A program made the position numbers and the translations under genes. This document shows, in pieces, positions 31,476 through 40,274 of a stretch of 49,013 bases of DNA. Origin of the DNA: Burkholderiaceae bacterium (GTDB lineage Bacteria > Pseudomonadota > Gammaproteobacteria > Burkholderiales > Burkholderiaceae_D); the NCBI GenBank assembly GCA_049683695.1, contig JBAUJK010000142.1, forward strand, positions 1-49,013. The letters run 5' to 3'. Position 1 is the stretch's first letter; the number at the start of each line of letters is the position of its first letter. The notes under the pieces are model-generated. The model was not told the origin of the DNA. It was given only the letters and a program-made list of their open reading frames with translations, and made no database searches.

Positions 31476-32660
31476 TTATACCTCGTTTGCCAGCGCCAAC
31501 GACGGGCGCAGGGACGCGGCGAATTTCAGCAGATTGCCGGCCAGGTCGCCGTGCGCCAGCACTTCGCCCTGCCATTCCGCCACCCTGGCGCGCATCGCCG
31601 GCATGTCGGCGGCGAAGTGTCGCCACAATTCGGCGCAGTCGCCCGGCTCGCGGGCGCCATTCCAGCACCAGGAAAAATCCGCCAGGCTGTCGATGCCGCC
31701 GGCATGGCGCTGCAGGAACGCGCGCAATTTCTTGTGATGCAGGTTTTCGTCCTGCGGATAGATATGCCAGACGAACGGCCGGCCGGCCCACTGCGCGCGC
31801 ACGAAGGAATCCTCGCCGCGCACGAAATTCATGTCGCAGGCCCACAGCAGCCGGTCGTAGTCCGGCTGCGCGACGAACGGCAGTACGCGCACGGTCAGCG
31901 CCCCGGCCGTACGTGCCGCGCCGGCGACGGCCGGTGCGCCAAGGAACGCCTGCACCGCCTGCGCCGCCACGCCTTCCGGCACCAGGCAGGTGACGGCGTC
32001 GTCGCCTGCCTGCCACGCATCGAACAGCGCCGCCACCGGCGCGTGCGGATAGCAGAACAGCGATACCTTCAGCGCCGCGATTTCCGCCGGCGTCACGCCG
32101 AAGCGCGCCAGGAACGCCGCGATCGCCGCCGGCTCCGACTGGAAGCGGCGGCGCTCTTCGTCGAGTCCGGCTTCGTGCAGCAGGCCGCCGGTCTTGTCCG
32201 TGAAGCCGGGGAAGAAGAAATGCTTGGTCAGCGGCAGGCGCGGATGCGGCGACGGCAGGGTATGGCAACCTTCCACCCATTCCTCGGCGCTCAAGCCTTC
32301 CAGGTTCAGCCACACCGGGCGCGGCTGGCACTGCGCCATCGCGGCGATGTAGCCGGGCGGAATGTCGCAGCCGAAAAACTCGATCACGATATCGGCCACG
32401 TCAGCCGTCGTGAAAACGCCTTTCTGATCGCGCCAGTGGCGCACCTCTACGCCGCCGACCTGCTGCAGTTCCGCGTCCACCGCCACCTCACTGCAGATCC
32501 GCCGGAAGCTGTGCAGATCGTCGACCCACAGCGTGACGGCGACACCATGCTCGCGCCGCAGCTGCCGCGCCAGGCGCCAGCAGATGCCGATGTCGCCATA
32601 GTTGTCGACCACCTTGCAAAAAATGGCGAGGGAAAGCGCGCAGCCGCTAGCGGAAGCCAT
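31476..32660 (-). CDS. earP: EF-P arginine-32 rhamnosyltransferase EarP (DUF2331)
   Basis: Start trimmed to MASASGCALSLAIFCKVVDNYGDIGICWRLARQL (394 aa), the characteristic EarP N-terminus. Directly upstream of efp. Confidence 0.85.
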   Translation of the reverse strand: MASASGCALSLAIFCKVVDNYGDIGICWRLARQLRREHGVAVTLWVDDLHSFRRICSEVAVDAELQQVGGVEVRHWRDQKGVFTTADVADIVIEFFGCDIPPGYIAAMAQCQPRPVWLNLEGLSAEEWVEGCHTLPSPHPRLPLTKHFFFPGFTDKTGGLLHEAGLDEERRRFQSEPAAIAAFLARFGVTPAEIAALKVSLFCYPHAPVAALFDAWQAGDDAVTCLVPEGVAAQAVQAFLGAPAVAGAARTAGALTVRVLPFVAQPDYDRLLWACDMNFVRGEDSFVRAQWAGRPFVWHIYPQDENLHHKKLRAFLQRHAGGIDSLADFSWCWNGAREPGDCAELWRHFAADMPAMRARVAEWQGEVLAHGDLAGNLLKFAASLRPSLALANEV

Positions 32661-32704
32661 GTCGGGCGTTTCAGGAGCCGGCCCTTGCGGGCGCCGGTCG
32701 GACG

Positions 32705-33691
32705 TCAAGCCGCGGCCCGCACTTCGGCGGCGATCTGGTACGAGCGCAGGCGCGCCGCATGGTCGAAGATCTGCGAGGTGATCATCAGTTCGTCGGCGCC
32801 GGTGCGCTCGATGAAAGCGCGCAGTTGCGCCGCCACCGTATCCGGCGCGCCGATCGCCGAGCACGACAGCACCGAATCCAGCAATGCCTGTTCGGCCGGG
32901 CCGATCCGCTGCAGGTAGTCGGCCATCGGCGGCGGCAGCCGCGACGGCCGGCCGCTGCGCAGGTTGACGAAGGCCTGCTGCATCGAGGTGGCGCGGAAGT
33001 GCGCCTCGTCGTCGCTGTCGGCGGCAAACACGTTGAAACCGAGCATCACGTACGGCTTTTGCAACTGCGCCGACGGCCGGAAATTGGCGCGGTACAGCGC
33101 CACTGCCTGCATCATCTGTGCCGGCGCGAAATGCGACGCGAATGCGTACGGCAAGCCGAGCGCGGCCGCCAGCTGCGCGCCGAACAGGCTGGAGCCGAGG
33201 ATCCAGATCGGCACGTCGAGCCCGGCGCCGGGCACCGCGCGCACCGGCTGGCGGCCTGAATCGGCGAAGTAATCCATCAGTTCCACCACGTCGAGCGGGA
33301 ATTCGTCTGCATCCGACATCACGTTGCGGCGCAGCTCGCGCGCGGTGATCTGGTCGGAACCGGGCGCGCGTCCGAGGCCCAGATCGATACGGCCCGGATA
33401 CAGCGACGCCAGCGTGCCGAACTGCTCGGCGATCACCAGCGGCGAATGGTTCGGCAGCATGATGCCGCCGGCGCCGACCCGGATGTGCTTGGTGCCGCCG
33501 GCGACGTGGCCGATCAGCACCGCGGTGGCGGCGCTGGCGATGCCCGGCATGCCGTGGTGTTCGGCCAGCCAGAAGCGCTGGTAGCCCCAGGCTTCGCCGT
33601 GCTGCGCCAGATCCAGCGTGTTGCGAAACGATTGCGCGGCATCGCTGCCTTCGGTGATCGGGGACAGGTCGAGGATGGAAAAGGGAATCAT
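32705..33691 (-). CDS. LLM-class (luciferase-like) flavin-dependent oxidoreductase, YhbW-like
   Basis: 328 aa. [16 protein letters not shown] and [12 protein letters not shown] motifs. Confidence 0.88.
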   Translation of the reverse strand: MIPFSILDLSPITEGSDAAQSFRNTLDLAQHGEAWGYQRFWLAEHHGMPGIASAATAVLIGHVAGGTKHIRVGAGGIMLPNHSPLVIAEQFGTLASLYPGRIDLGLGRAPGSDQITARELRRNVMSDADEFPLDVVELMDYFADSGRQPVRAVPGAGLDVPIWILGSSLFGAQLAAALGLPYAFASHFAPAQMMQAVALYRANFRPSAQLQKPYVMLGFNVFAADSDDEAHFRATSMQQAFVNLRSGRPSRLPPPMADYLQRIGPAEQALLDSVLSCSAIGAPDTVAAQLRAFIERTGADELMITSQIFDHAARLRSYQIAAEVRAAA

Positions 33692-33795
33692 GGCGGCTAT
33701 ATCCGGGCGAATAGGGAAAACGCAAGTTGCGGAGATGCCAATCTTCGACCATCCCGGCGCAAACCGGCATGGCGAAGGGCTCGTTCAGCCTGCCG

Positions 33796-34251
33796 CTAGG
33801 CGGCGGCAGTCGCCGGCTTCAGCGCCTTGCGCTCGATCGACGACGACAGGATCAGCGAACTGGAGGTGACGCCGCAGCGCGTCAGTGCCGTGATCACGCG
33901 CTCCAGGTCGCTGACCGAGGCCGCCACCACCTTGACCACGCCGCAGTCGTCGCCGGTGATCGAATGGCATTCGACGATTTCCGGCAATTGCGCCGCCACG
34001 AGTTCCAGCGGCGTTTCATGGATGCGCTTGGCGACCCGGATGAAGGCGGTGATCGGATAGCCGAGCGCGGCCGGATCGACGTGCGCATGGTAGCCGGTGA
34101 TCACGCCGGCCGCTTCCATGCGGCGCACGCGCTCGGCCACCGCCGGCTGGCTCATGTGGATGCGGCGGCCGATCTCGGCCAGCGTGGTGCGGGCATCGGC
34201 CTGCAGGATGTCGAGGATCTTGCTATCCATCGCGTCCAGTTCGATCTTCAT
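33796..34251 (-). CDS. Lrp/AsnC family transcriptional regulator
   Basis: Start trimmed to MKIELDAMDSKILDILQADARTTLAEIG (151 aa); HTH plus RAM domain. Confidence 0.9.
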   Translation of the reverse strand: MKIELDAMDSKILDILQADARTTLAEIGRRIHMSQPAVAERVRRMEAAGVITGYHAHVDPAALGYPITAFIRVAKRIHETPLELVAAQLPEIVECHSITGDDCGVVKVVAASVSDLERVITALTRCGVTSSSLILSSSIERKALKPATAAA

Positions 34252-34301
34252 CGGAAATTCTCCGCATTTCATTTAAAGACAAGGCAGAATCGAATTATCA
34301 C

Positions 34302-34335
34302 CTTGAAATAGCCATGTCAAAAAGGATATTTCAAG
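34302..34335. promoter_or_regulatory. 9-bp inverted repeat in the lrp/eamA divergent control region (candidate operator)
   Basis: CTTGAAATA (34302-34310), 16-bp spacer, TATTTCAAG (34327-34335), in AT-rich DNA. Confidence 0.5.
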
Positions 34336-34419
34336 CTTACACTGCATTCTGTCCGGCACAGCGGAAACGTGGGAGCGGAAGGCCGAGCGGTCCGGAAAAA
34401 GCCGGAACGTACTGGGGTT

Positions 34420-34491
34420 TTCATATACTCCCTCACATACCACCTTATGCCGGGCGCATACTGGACATTTTTTCAATATACTCCCATAAAA
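34420..34491 (+). repeat. Two-box intergenic element, copy B
   Basis: TTCATATACTCCC..GCCGGGCG..AATATACTCCCATAAAA. ACTCCC starts at 34427 and 34480, 53 bp apart. Confidence 0.8.
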
Positions 34492-34547
34492 TCAAGAATC
34501 GGAAAGCAGCGCTTGCCGCTCCTTTCGCCTTTCACCTGTCGATCGCC

Positions 34548-35435
34548 ATGCGCCACCTGCCTCGCTTCGTCCTGCTTGCCCTGTTGACCGTCTACGTGGT
34601 CTGGGGCTCGACCTATTTCGCCATCCGCGTCGGGCTGGAATCCTTCCCGCCGCTTTTGATGATCGCGCTGCGCTTCCTGGTGGCCGGCGCGCTACTGTTC
34701 GGCCTGATGAAATGGCGCGGCGCGCCCAATCCGACATTGGCGCAATGGCGCGACGGCGGCATCGTCGGCGTGCTGCTGCTGGGCGGCGGCACCGGCTTCG
34801 TCGCGATCGCCGAACAGACGGTGGCGTCCGGACTGACGGCGGTGTTCATCGCCATCACGCCGCTCTTGTTCGCGCTGTGGTCGGGCTGGTTCGGTCACTG
34901 GCCGACGCGGCGCGAATGGGTCGGCATCGGCGTCGGCTTCGCCGGCGTGCTGCTGCTGGCCAGCGGCGCCGGCCTGTCCGGCTCGCCGTTGGGCGCGCTG
35001 GCGCTAATGGCCGCGGTGACCTGCTGGTCGTTCGGCTCGGTGCTGTCGCAGAAGAAGCTGAAGGTGGCGCCCGGTGCAATCGGTTTCGCCAGCGAAATGA
35101 TCGTCGGCGGCCTGTTCCTGGTCGTGGTTGGTCTGTTCAAGGGCGAGTCGCTGAGCGCCGCCATGCTGGCCGAAGCCAGCTGGCAGGCATGGCTGGCATG
35201 GTTCTACCTGGTCACGATCGGCTCGCTGGTCGGCTTTTCAGCCTACATGTACACGCTGGCGCGGGTGTCACCGGCGCTGGCGTCCAGCTATGCCTACGTC
35301 AACCCGGTGATCGCGGTGGCGCTGGGCGTGCTGTTCGGCGGCGAAATCGTCAGCACCCGCGAAGTGCTGGCGATGGCGGTGATCCTGGCGAGCGTGATGT
35401 TGCTGACCATGGCGCCGCGCAAGGCAGCCGCCTGA
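34548..35435 (+). CDS. EamA/DMT family transporter (YedA-like)
   Basis: Start trimmed to MRHLPRFVLLALLTVYVVWGSTYFAIR (295 aa). 10 TM helices in two EamA halves. Divergent from the Lrp regulator. Confidence 0.85.
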   Translation: MRHLPRFVLLALLTVYVVWGSTYFAIRVGLESFPPLLMIALRFLVAGALLFGLMKWRGAPNPTLAQWRDGGIVGVLLLGGGTGFVAIAEQTVASGLTAVFIAITPLLFALWSGWFGHWPTRREWVGIGVGFAGVLLLASGAGLSGSPLGALALMAAVTCWSFGSVLSQKKLKVAPGAIGFASEMIVGGLFLVVVGLFKGESLSAAMLAEASWQAWLAWFYLVTIGSLVGFSAYMYTLARVSPALASSYAYVNPVIAVALGVLFGGEIVSTREVLAMAVILASVMLLTMAPRKAAA

Positions 35436-35555
35436 CCCGGCCCGAACTGGCCGGGCTGCCACGGCCGCTGGCGCTTTGGTGTATACATGGTTTCTTTTGA
35501 CCTGCGCCGCACGCTGTCTGCCGGCGCGGCCTTTCCCCGATTCAAGGAGTCCACC

Positions 35556-36611
35556 ATGCACGCCTCTTTCGGTTACGGCGCCACCGCCGCCGACCAGCCG
35601 CTGGGTCCGCTGCGCTTCGAGCGGCGCGAACCCGGCCCACGCGACGTCCGCATCGAAATCCTGTATTGCGGCGTCTGTCATTCCGACCTGCACGCCGCCC
35701 GCAACGAATGGGGCGGCACCACCTATCCGCTGGTGCCGGGCCATGAAATCATCGGTCGCGTGACGGCGGTCGGCGCCGAAGTCGGCAAGTTCAAGGTCGG
35801 CGACGTCGCCGGCGTCGGCTGCATGGTCGATTCCTGCCAGCATTGCGCCAGCTGCGACGAGGGGCTGGAGCAGTACTGCGAAAACGGCTTCACCGGCACC
35901 TACAATGGCATCGAGAAGCAGACCGGCAAAACCACCTACGGCGGCTATTCGGACCATATCGTGGTCGACGAAAAGTTCGTGCTGCGGATACCGGACGGCA
36001 TGGATCCGGCCGCCGCCGCGCCGCTGCTGTGCGCCGGCATCACCACCTATTCGCCGCTGCGGCACTGGAAGGTCGGGCCGGGACAGAAGGTCGGCATCGT
36101 CGGCCTGGGCGGCCTCGGTCACATGGGAATCAAGCTCGCGCATGCGATGGGCGCGCGCGTGGTGCTGTTCACCACCTCGCCGGACAAGAAGGCAGACGCG
36201 CTGCGCCTGGGCGCCGACGAAGTGGTGATCTCGAAAAACGCCGACGAGATGGCGGCGCAGCAGAACAGCTTCGACTTCATCCTGAACACGGTGGCGGCGC
36301 CGCACGACCTGGACGCCTTCCTGACGCTGCTGAAGCGCGACGGCACCATGACGCTGGTCGGCGCCCCGGCCACGCCGCATCCATCGCCGCGCGTCTTCAA
36401 CCTGATTTTCAAACGCCGCAGTCTGGCCGGCTCGCTGATCGGCGGCATCGCCGAAACCCAGGAAATGCTGGAATTCTGCGCGGAACACGGGCTCGCCTCC
36501 GACATCGAGTTGATCCCGATCCAGAAAATCAACGAAGCCTACGAGCGAATGCTGAAGAGCGACGTCAAATACCGCTTCGTGATCGACATGGCGTCGCTGA
36601 AGGACGATTGA
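35556..36611 (+). CDS. Zn-dependent NAD(P) alcohol dehydrogenase (YahK/cinnamyl-ADH-like)
   Basis: Start trimmed to MHASFGYG with an AAGGAG RBS (351 aa). GVCHSDLH, GHEIIG, the structural-Zn motif CQHCASCDEGLEQYC, and GLGGLGH. Confidence 0.9.
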   Translation: MHASFGYGATAADQPLGPLRFERREPGPRDVRIEILYCGVCHSDLHAARNEWGGTTYPLVPGHEIIGRVTAVGAEVGKFKVGDVAGVGCMVDSCQHCASCDEGLEQYCENGFTGTYNGIEKQTGKTTYGGYSDHIVVDEKFVLRIPDGMDPAAAAPLLCAGITTYSPLRHWKVGPGQKVGIVGLGGLGHMGIKLAHAMGARVVLFTTSPDKKADALRLGADEVVISKNADEMAAQQNSFDFILNTVAAPHDLDAFLTLLKRDGTMTLVGAPATPHPSPRVFNLIFKRRSLAGSLIGGIAETQEMLEFCAEHGLASDIELIPIQKINEAYERMLKSDVKYRFVIDMASLKDD

Positions 36612-36642
36612 CCGCCGCGGCGGGCGGCGCTAGAGCGGATTT

Positions 36643-36780
36643 GGCCTGACTGGCATGCTGAGGCCGAGGCGGATTGCCTCTGGCACAAGGCGCGGTGACG
36701 CGCCGTAGCGGGGCTACGGCAAGGAGGCGCAACGCCGTGCCGGGGGCAAGGTGGCCGGCATCGGCAAGTCAGTTCAGGCC
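36643..36780 (+). other. Highly structured ~138-nt intergenic element (nested stems; REP-like or structured RNA)
   Basis: Outer stem GGCCTGACTG/CAGTTCAGGCC. A 13-bp stem TTGCCTCTGGCAC (36674-86)/GTGCCGGGGGCAA (36737-49) has two G-U pairs that are valid only on the plus strand. Inner hairpins are GGCGCG-GTGA-CGCGCC and CCGTAGC-GGG-GCTACGG. Confidence 0.5.
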
Positions 36781-36789
36781 GGAGCCACT

Positions 36790-37452
36790 CTACTCGCCGA
36801 GGAAGAACGCAACCGTCTGCTCAGCCAGCTGGTCCAGCGTCAGCCCCTTGCCGGGCTTGAACCACTGCATGCTGTAGTTGATCGCGCCCAGCAGCAACAG
36901 GCGCACCACCTTGCTGTTGCTTTTGATCAGGCCGGCCTTCTTCAACTGGTCGAGCACGCGCTGCCAGCGCTCGTCGTAGTGGTCCTTCAGGCCGATGATG
37001 CGCTCCTGCAGCTCGGGGCTGAGCGAACGCCAGTCGTACAGCAGTACCGGGATGAAGTCCTGCCCTTCGCCGAGCACGGTTTCCAGGTGCGAGCGCACCA
37101 GCGCCAGGAATTTCTCGCGCGGCGGCAGATCGCTGGCGACGATCCGTTCGGTTTCCGCCAAGCCAGCCACCAGCCCTTCCTCCATCACCGCCGCCAGGAT
37201 TTCCTGCTTGCTCCTGAAATGGTAGAACGGGCTGCCGGAACGCATGCCGACCGCGTCGGCGATATCGCGCACTGTGGTGCCGTCGAAGCCCCTTTCGCGG
37301 AACAGGCGCGCCGAGACGCGGATCAGGTCGGCGCGGCGGTTGCCGTCATCCTCGGCCACCGTGGCCAGCGGTCGGGCGCGGGCGGCGCGCTTGGGCGCCG
37401 CGGCGGTACTGGGAAGATTCTTTTTAGGCATGGTATCCATTCGGGCCGGCAA
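36790..37452 (-). CDS. TetR/AcrR family transcriptional regulator
   Basis: 220 aa; the start may be M8 at 37431. HTH FDGTTVRDIADAVGMRSGSPFYHF. Confidence 0.85.
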   Translation of the reverse strand: MPARMDTMPKKNLPSTAAAPKRAARARPLATVAEDDGNRRADLIRVSARLFRERGFDGTTVRDIADAVGMRSGSPFYHFRSKQEILAAVMEEGLVAGLAETERIVASDLPPREKFLALVRSHLETVLGEGQDFIPVLLYDWRSLSPELQERIIGLKDHYDERWQRVLDQLKKAGLIKSNSKVVRLLLLGAINYSMQWFKPGKGLTLDQLAEQTVAFFLGE

Positions 37453-37477
37453 TTATAGCGGCCCGCACCGTCCCCCG

Positions 37478-37825
37478 TTACGCTGGCGCCGGATGGCGCA
37501 GCGGCAGATCGTCGGGCACCTCGATCTCCATCCGCAGCAGCCCCGCCGCCAGCGACTTGCCGAGATTGTCGCTGCGCAGCGAACGCGCCGCGCCGCCGTC
37601 CAGCGCCTGGTGCAGCACGAATTTCAGCGCCAGCAGATTGTCCAGCTCGAAGCGTTCGACCGCGCCGCCGGCGATGCCGGCAAAATGCGCGGCCACGCGC
37701 TCGGCGTTCAGTTCGCGCTTCAGCACCGCGTACGTGCGCGCATCGTAGGCGAACAGCCCGAGGTCGGCCTTGTCGCCCTTGTCACCGCTGCGCGCGTGGG
37801 CAATTTGTACCAGTCGCACCCGCAT
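37478..37825 (-). CDS. Small AtuA-C-terminal-like protein (DUF4387-like)
   Basis: 115 aa. HARSGDKGD motif. The ATG lies 1 nt after the stop of the DUF1446/AtuA-like gene. Confidence 0.7.
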   Translation of the reverse strand: MRVRLVQIAHARSGDKGDKADLGLFAYDARTYAVLKRELNAERVAAHFAGIAGGAVERFELDNLLALKFVLHQALDGGAARSLRSDNLGKSLAAGLLRMEIEVPDDLPLRHPAPA

Positions 37826-37826
37826 C

Positions 37827-39221
37827 TCAGACCTCCGTCACTTCCACCGTCACGTGCGGCTCGATCAGTCCGCGCGGCGCCAGCGTCGGCCAGATGCCAA
37901 GCAGTTCCGACGCCGGCTGCATCGCATAGCGGCCGCCGACGAAAGGCGGCCCGGACAGCGCCAGCCACGGGAACAGCCGGCCGAACCCATCCGCCACTCT
38001 CTTGTCGGCACTGCGCAGCGCCATGCGCAAATACACCTCGTTCAGAGCATCGCGCCCGGCCGGATCGGCCAGCGGACCGAGGATCGAGTCGTAGCCGAGG
38101 TATTCGACGCGCATTTCGTCATAGTCCATGCCGCGCTCGCGCAGCAGCTGCTGCACGATCTGCGCGGTGCGCTCGGCCTTGCGGTAGGCATCCGGCCAGC
38201 TGTAGCCGAAGGTCGCCTGCCCCATCCAGCCGTCTTGGTAGCCACCGACGATCTTTAGCGCCTCCGGGCGCGGCTTGCCGGTGGCGCCGCAGAGCCGCAC
38301 GCGGTCGCCGCCAAGGTCATCGAGCTGGATCGTGCTCATGTCGAGCACCACGTCGGGCGAGAAATAATTGCGCGGGTCGTGCACTTCGTACAGCAGTTGC
38401 TGGCGCACCGTATCGAACGATACGCGGCCGCCGGTGCCGGGCGCCTTGGTGATCAGCGCGCTGCCATCTTCACTGACTTCGGCGATCGGATAGCCGATAT
38501 GGCCGAGGTCGGGAATCTCGCTCCAGTCGAGGCCGCCGAAGTTGCCGCCGCTGCCCTGCCCCGAGCATTCCAGCAGGTGGCCGACGGTCAAGCCCTGCGC
38601 CAGCCGGCTCCAGTCGCCGGCGCTACGCGCCGCCAGCGGCCAGCCGAGTTCATGCACCAGCGGCGCCAGGAACAGCGCGGCATCGGCGACGCGCCCGGCC
38701 AGCACGATGTCGGCGCCCTGCTCGAGCGCCCGCACCAGCGGCTCCGCGCCCAGATAAGCGTTGGCGAACACCATGCGTTCGCGCACCTCCGCCAGCGGAG
38801 CGCTGCTGTCGAGGTGCGCGAGGTCGGCGCCGGCCTGCTGCAATTCGTCCAGCCGCTCCAGCACGTCGTCGCCGGCCACCACCGCGATGCGCGCATGCCA
38901 GTCGCGCTTCTGAAACAGCTCCGCCAGCGCGTCGCGCGCGCCGTACGGATTCAAGCCGCCGGCGTTCAGTACGAACTTCACGCCGCGGCCGCCATTGGCC
39001 TTCTGCGCCAGCGGCCACAGGTCGGTCAGCATCGGCAGCAAGTCGCGCGCATAGCCGGCCGCCGGATCGCGGGCGCGGTCCTTTTGCAGGATCGCCAGTG
39101 TCAGCTCCGCCAGGTGATCGGAGGCGATGTATTGCACGTTGCCGCGCTCGATGCTGGCCGCGATAGGCGCCCACGCATCGCCATAGAAGCCGAGCCCGGC
39201 GCCGATGCGGACGGTCTTCAT
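37827..39221 (-). CDS. Acyclic terpene utilisation AtuA-like protein (DUF1446)
   Basis: Start trimmed to MKTVRIGAGLGFYGD (464 aa). ATGA overlap with the upstream hydratase gene. Confidence 0.8.
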   Translation of the reverse strand: MKTVRIGAGLGFYGDAWAPIAASIERGNVQYIASDHLAELTLAILQKDRARDPAAGYARDLLPMLTDLWPLAQKANGGRGVKFVLNAGGLNPYGARDALAELFQKRDWHARIAVVAGDDVLERLDELQQAGADLAHLDSSAPLAEVRERMVFANAYLGAEPLVRALEQGADIVLAGRVADAALFLAPLVHELGWPLAARSAGDWSRLAQGLTVGHLLECSGQGSGGNFGGLDWSEIPDLGHIGYPIAEVSEDGSALITKAPGTGGRVSFDTVRQQLLYEVHDPRNYFSPDVVLDMSTIQLDDLGGDRVRLCGATGKPRPEALKIVGGYQDGWMGQATFGYSWPDAYRKAERTAQIVQQLLRERGMDYDEMRVEYLGYDSILGPLADPAGRDALNEVYLRMALRSADKRVADGFGRLFPWLALSGPPFVGGRYAMQPASELLGIWPTLAPRGLIEPHVTVEVTEV

Positions 39222-39997
39222 GGCTGGCCGAAGCGCGGCACGCGCTTTTGCAGGAAGGCGGCGACGCCTTCGGCGAAATCGGCGCTGGCGGTGGCCTGCG
39301 CGAAATGTTCGATCTCGTCGTCCAGTTGCCGCGCCAGCGGCGTGTCCTCGGACTGGCGCACCAGGCGCTTGATCCGCGCCTGCGAGCCGCGCGCGCCGCC
39401 CAGCAGGCGCGCCACCAGCCGGTCGGTCTCGGCGCGCAGCTGCGACGCCGGCACCACCCGGTTCACCAGGCCGGCCGCACGGGCGGTCTCGGCATCGAAG
39501 GTGTCCGACAGCAGCAACCATTCCAGCGCGGTGCGCGCACCGACCAGACGCGGCAGGAACCAGCTGTTGCCGGCGTCGGGACTGGCACCGAGACGTGAGT
39601 AGGCCATGTTGAAGCGGGTATCGTCGGCGGCGATCACGAGGTCGGCTGCGCCGATCAGGCCGACGCTGCCGCCCGCCACCGCGCCATGCACAGCCGCCAC
39701 GACGATCGCCGGCAGCGCATGCAGGCGCAGGATCAGTGGATTCAGTTCGCGCCCGATCTCACGCAATAGCGTCGGCGCATCGGCGGCGTCCGGGCGCAGG
39801 CTGGCGATATCGCCGCCGGCGCCGAAGGCTGGTCCTTCCGCGCGCATCAGCAGCACGCGCAGCTCCGGCTCGGCGGCGATGCCCTCGACGATCCGGTGCA
39901 GTTCCGCGATCCGCGGCGCGCTCATCGCATTCAGCGTGGCGGGATCGTCGAACACGACGGTGGCCACGCCGTTTTCCACATCAACGTGGATCGTCAT
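39218..39997 (-). CDS. Enoyl-CoA hydratase/isomerase family protein
   Basis: Start trimmed to MTIHVDVENGVATVVFDDP (259 aa); crotonase motif GPAFGAGGD. Confidence 0.88.
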   Translation of the reverse strand: MTIHVDVENGVATVVFDDPATLNAMSAPRIAELHRIVEGIAAEPELRVLLMRAEGPAFGAGGDIASLRPDAADAPTLLREIGRELNPLILRLHALPAIVVAAVHGAVAGGSVGLIGAADLVIAADDTRFNMAYSRLGASPDAGNSWFLPRLVGARTALEWLLLSDTFDAETARAAGLVNRVVPASQLRAETDRLVARLLGGARGSQARIKRLVRQSEDTPLARQLDDEIEHFAQATASADFAEGVAAFLQKRVPRFGQP

Positions 39998-40274
39998 CGC
40001 AGCCCCCGCGCGAATGAGCGACAGATGGCGGCGGGCAAGCTGGCAATCATGGCGGGGACATGCATGGCATCGGCTCCTGCGGCGAAGGCCGCTTCGGGCG
40101 AAGCGGCGGCGCTGCGGCCATGCTAGGCCGGCGCCGTCGAAAAAGCAACCGCTTGGTTGTCTGGAAAAAATAAACTTGCTACACTCGCTCGCAATCTGCC
40201 GCGGCTGTGTTAGCTTCAGCCCGCGGCACATAAAAAATAAAGCCATCCAGGCAGCACGACTGCGCGGAGGAGAC

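Noticed and set aside
31476-33770. 764-aa ORF suggesting a giant EarP fusion protein
   Set aside because: Only the C-terminal 394 aa, from MASASGC.. at 32660, resemble EarP. The upstream 370 aa are an out-of-frame read through the LLM oxidoreductase gene and are Arg/Pro/Ala-rich. The N-terminal extensions in the ORF track for 12212-13252, 15378-, 17007-, 17775-, 24361-, 34314-, 35487-, 37827-39521, 39218-40276 and 39606- were trimmed for the same reason.
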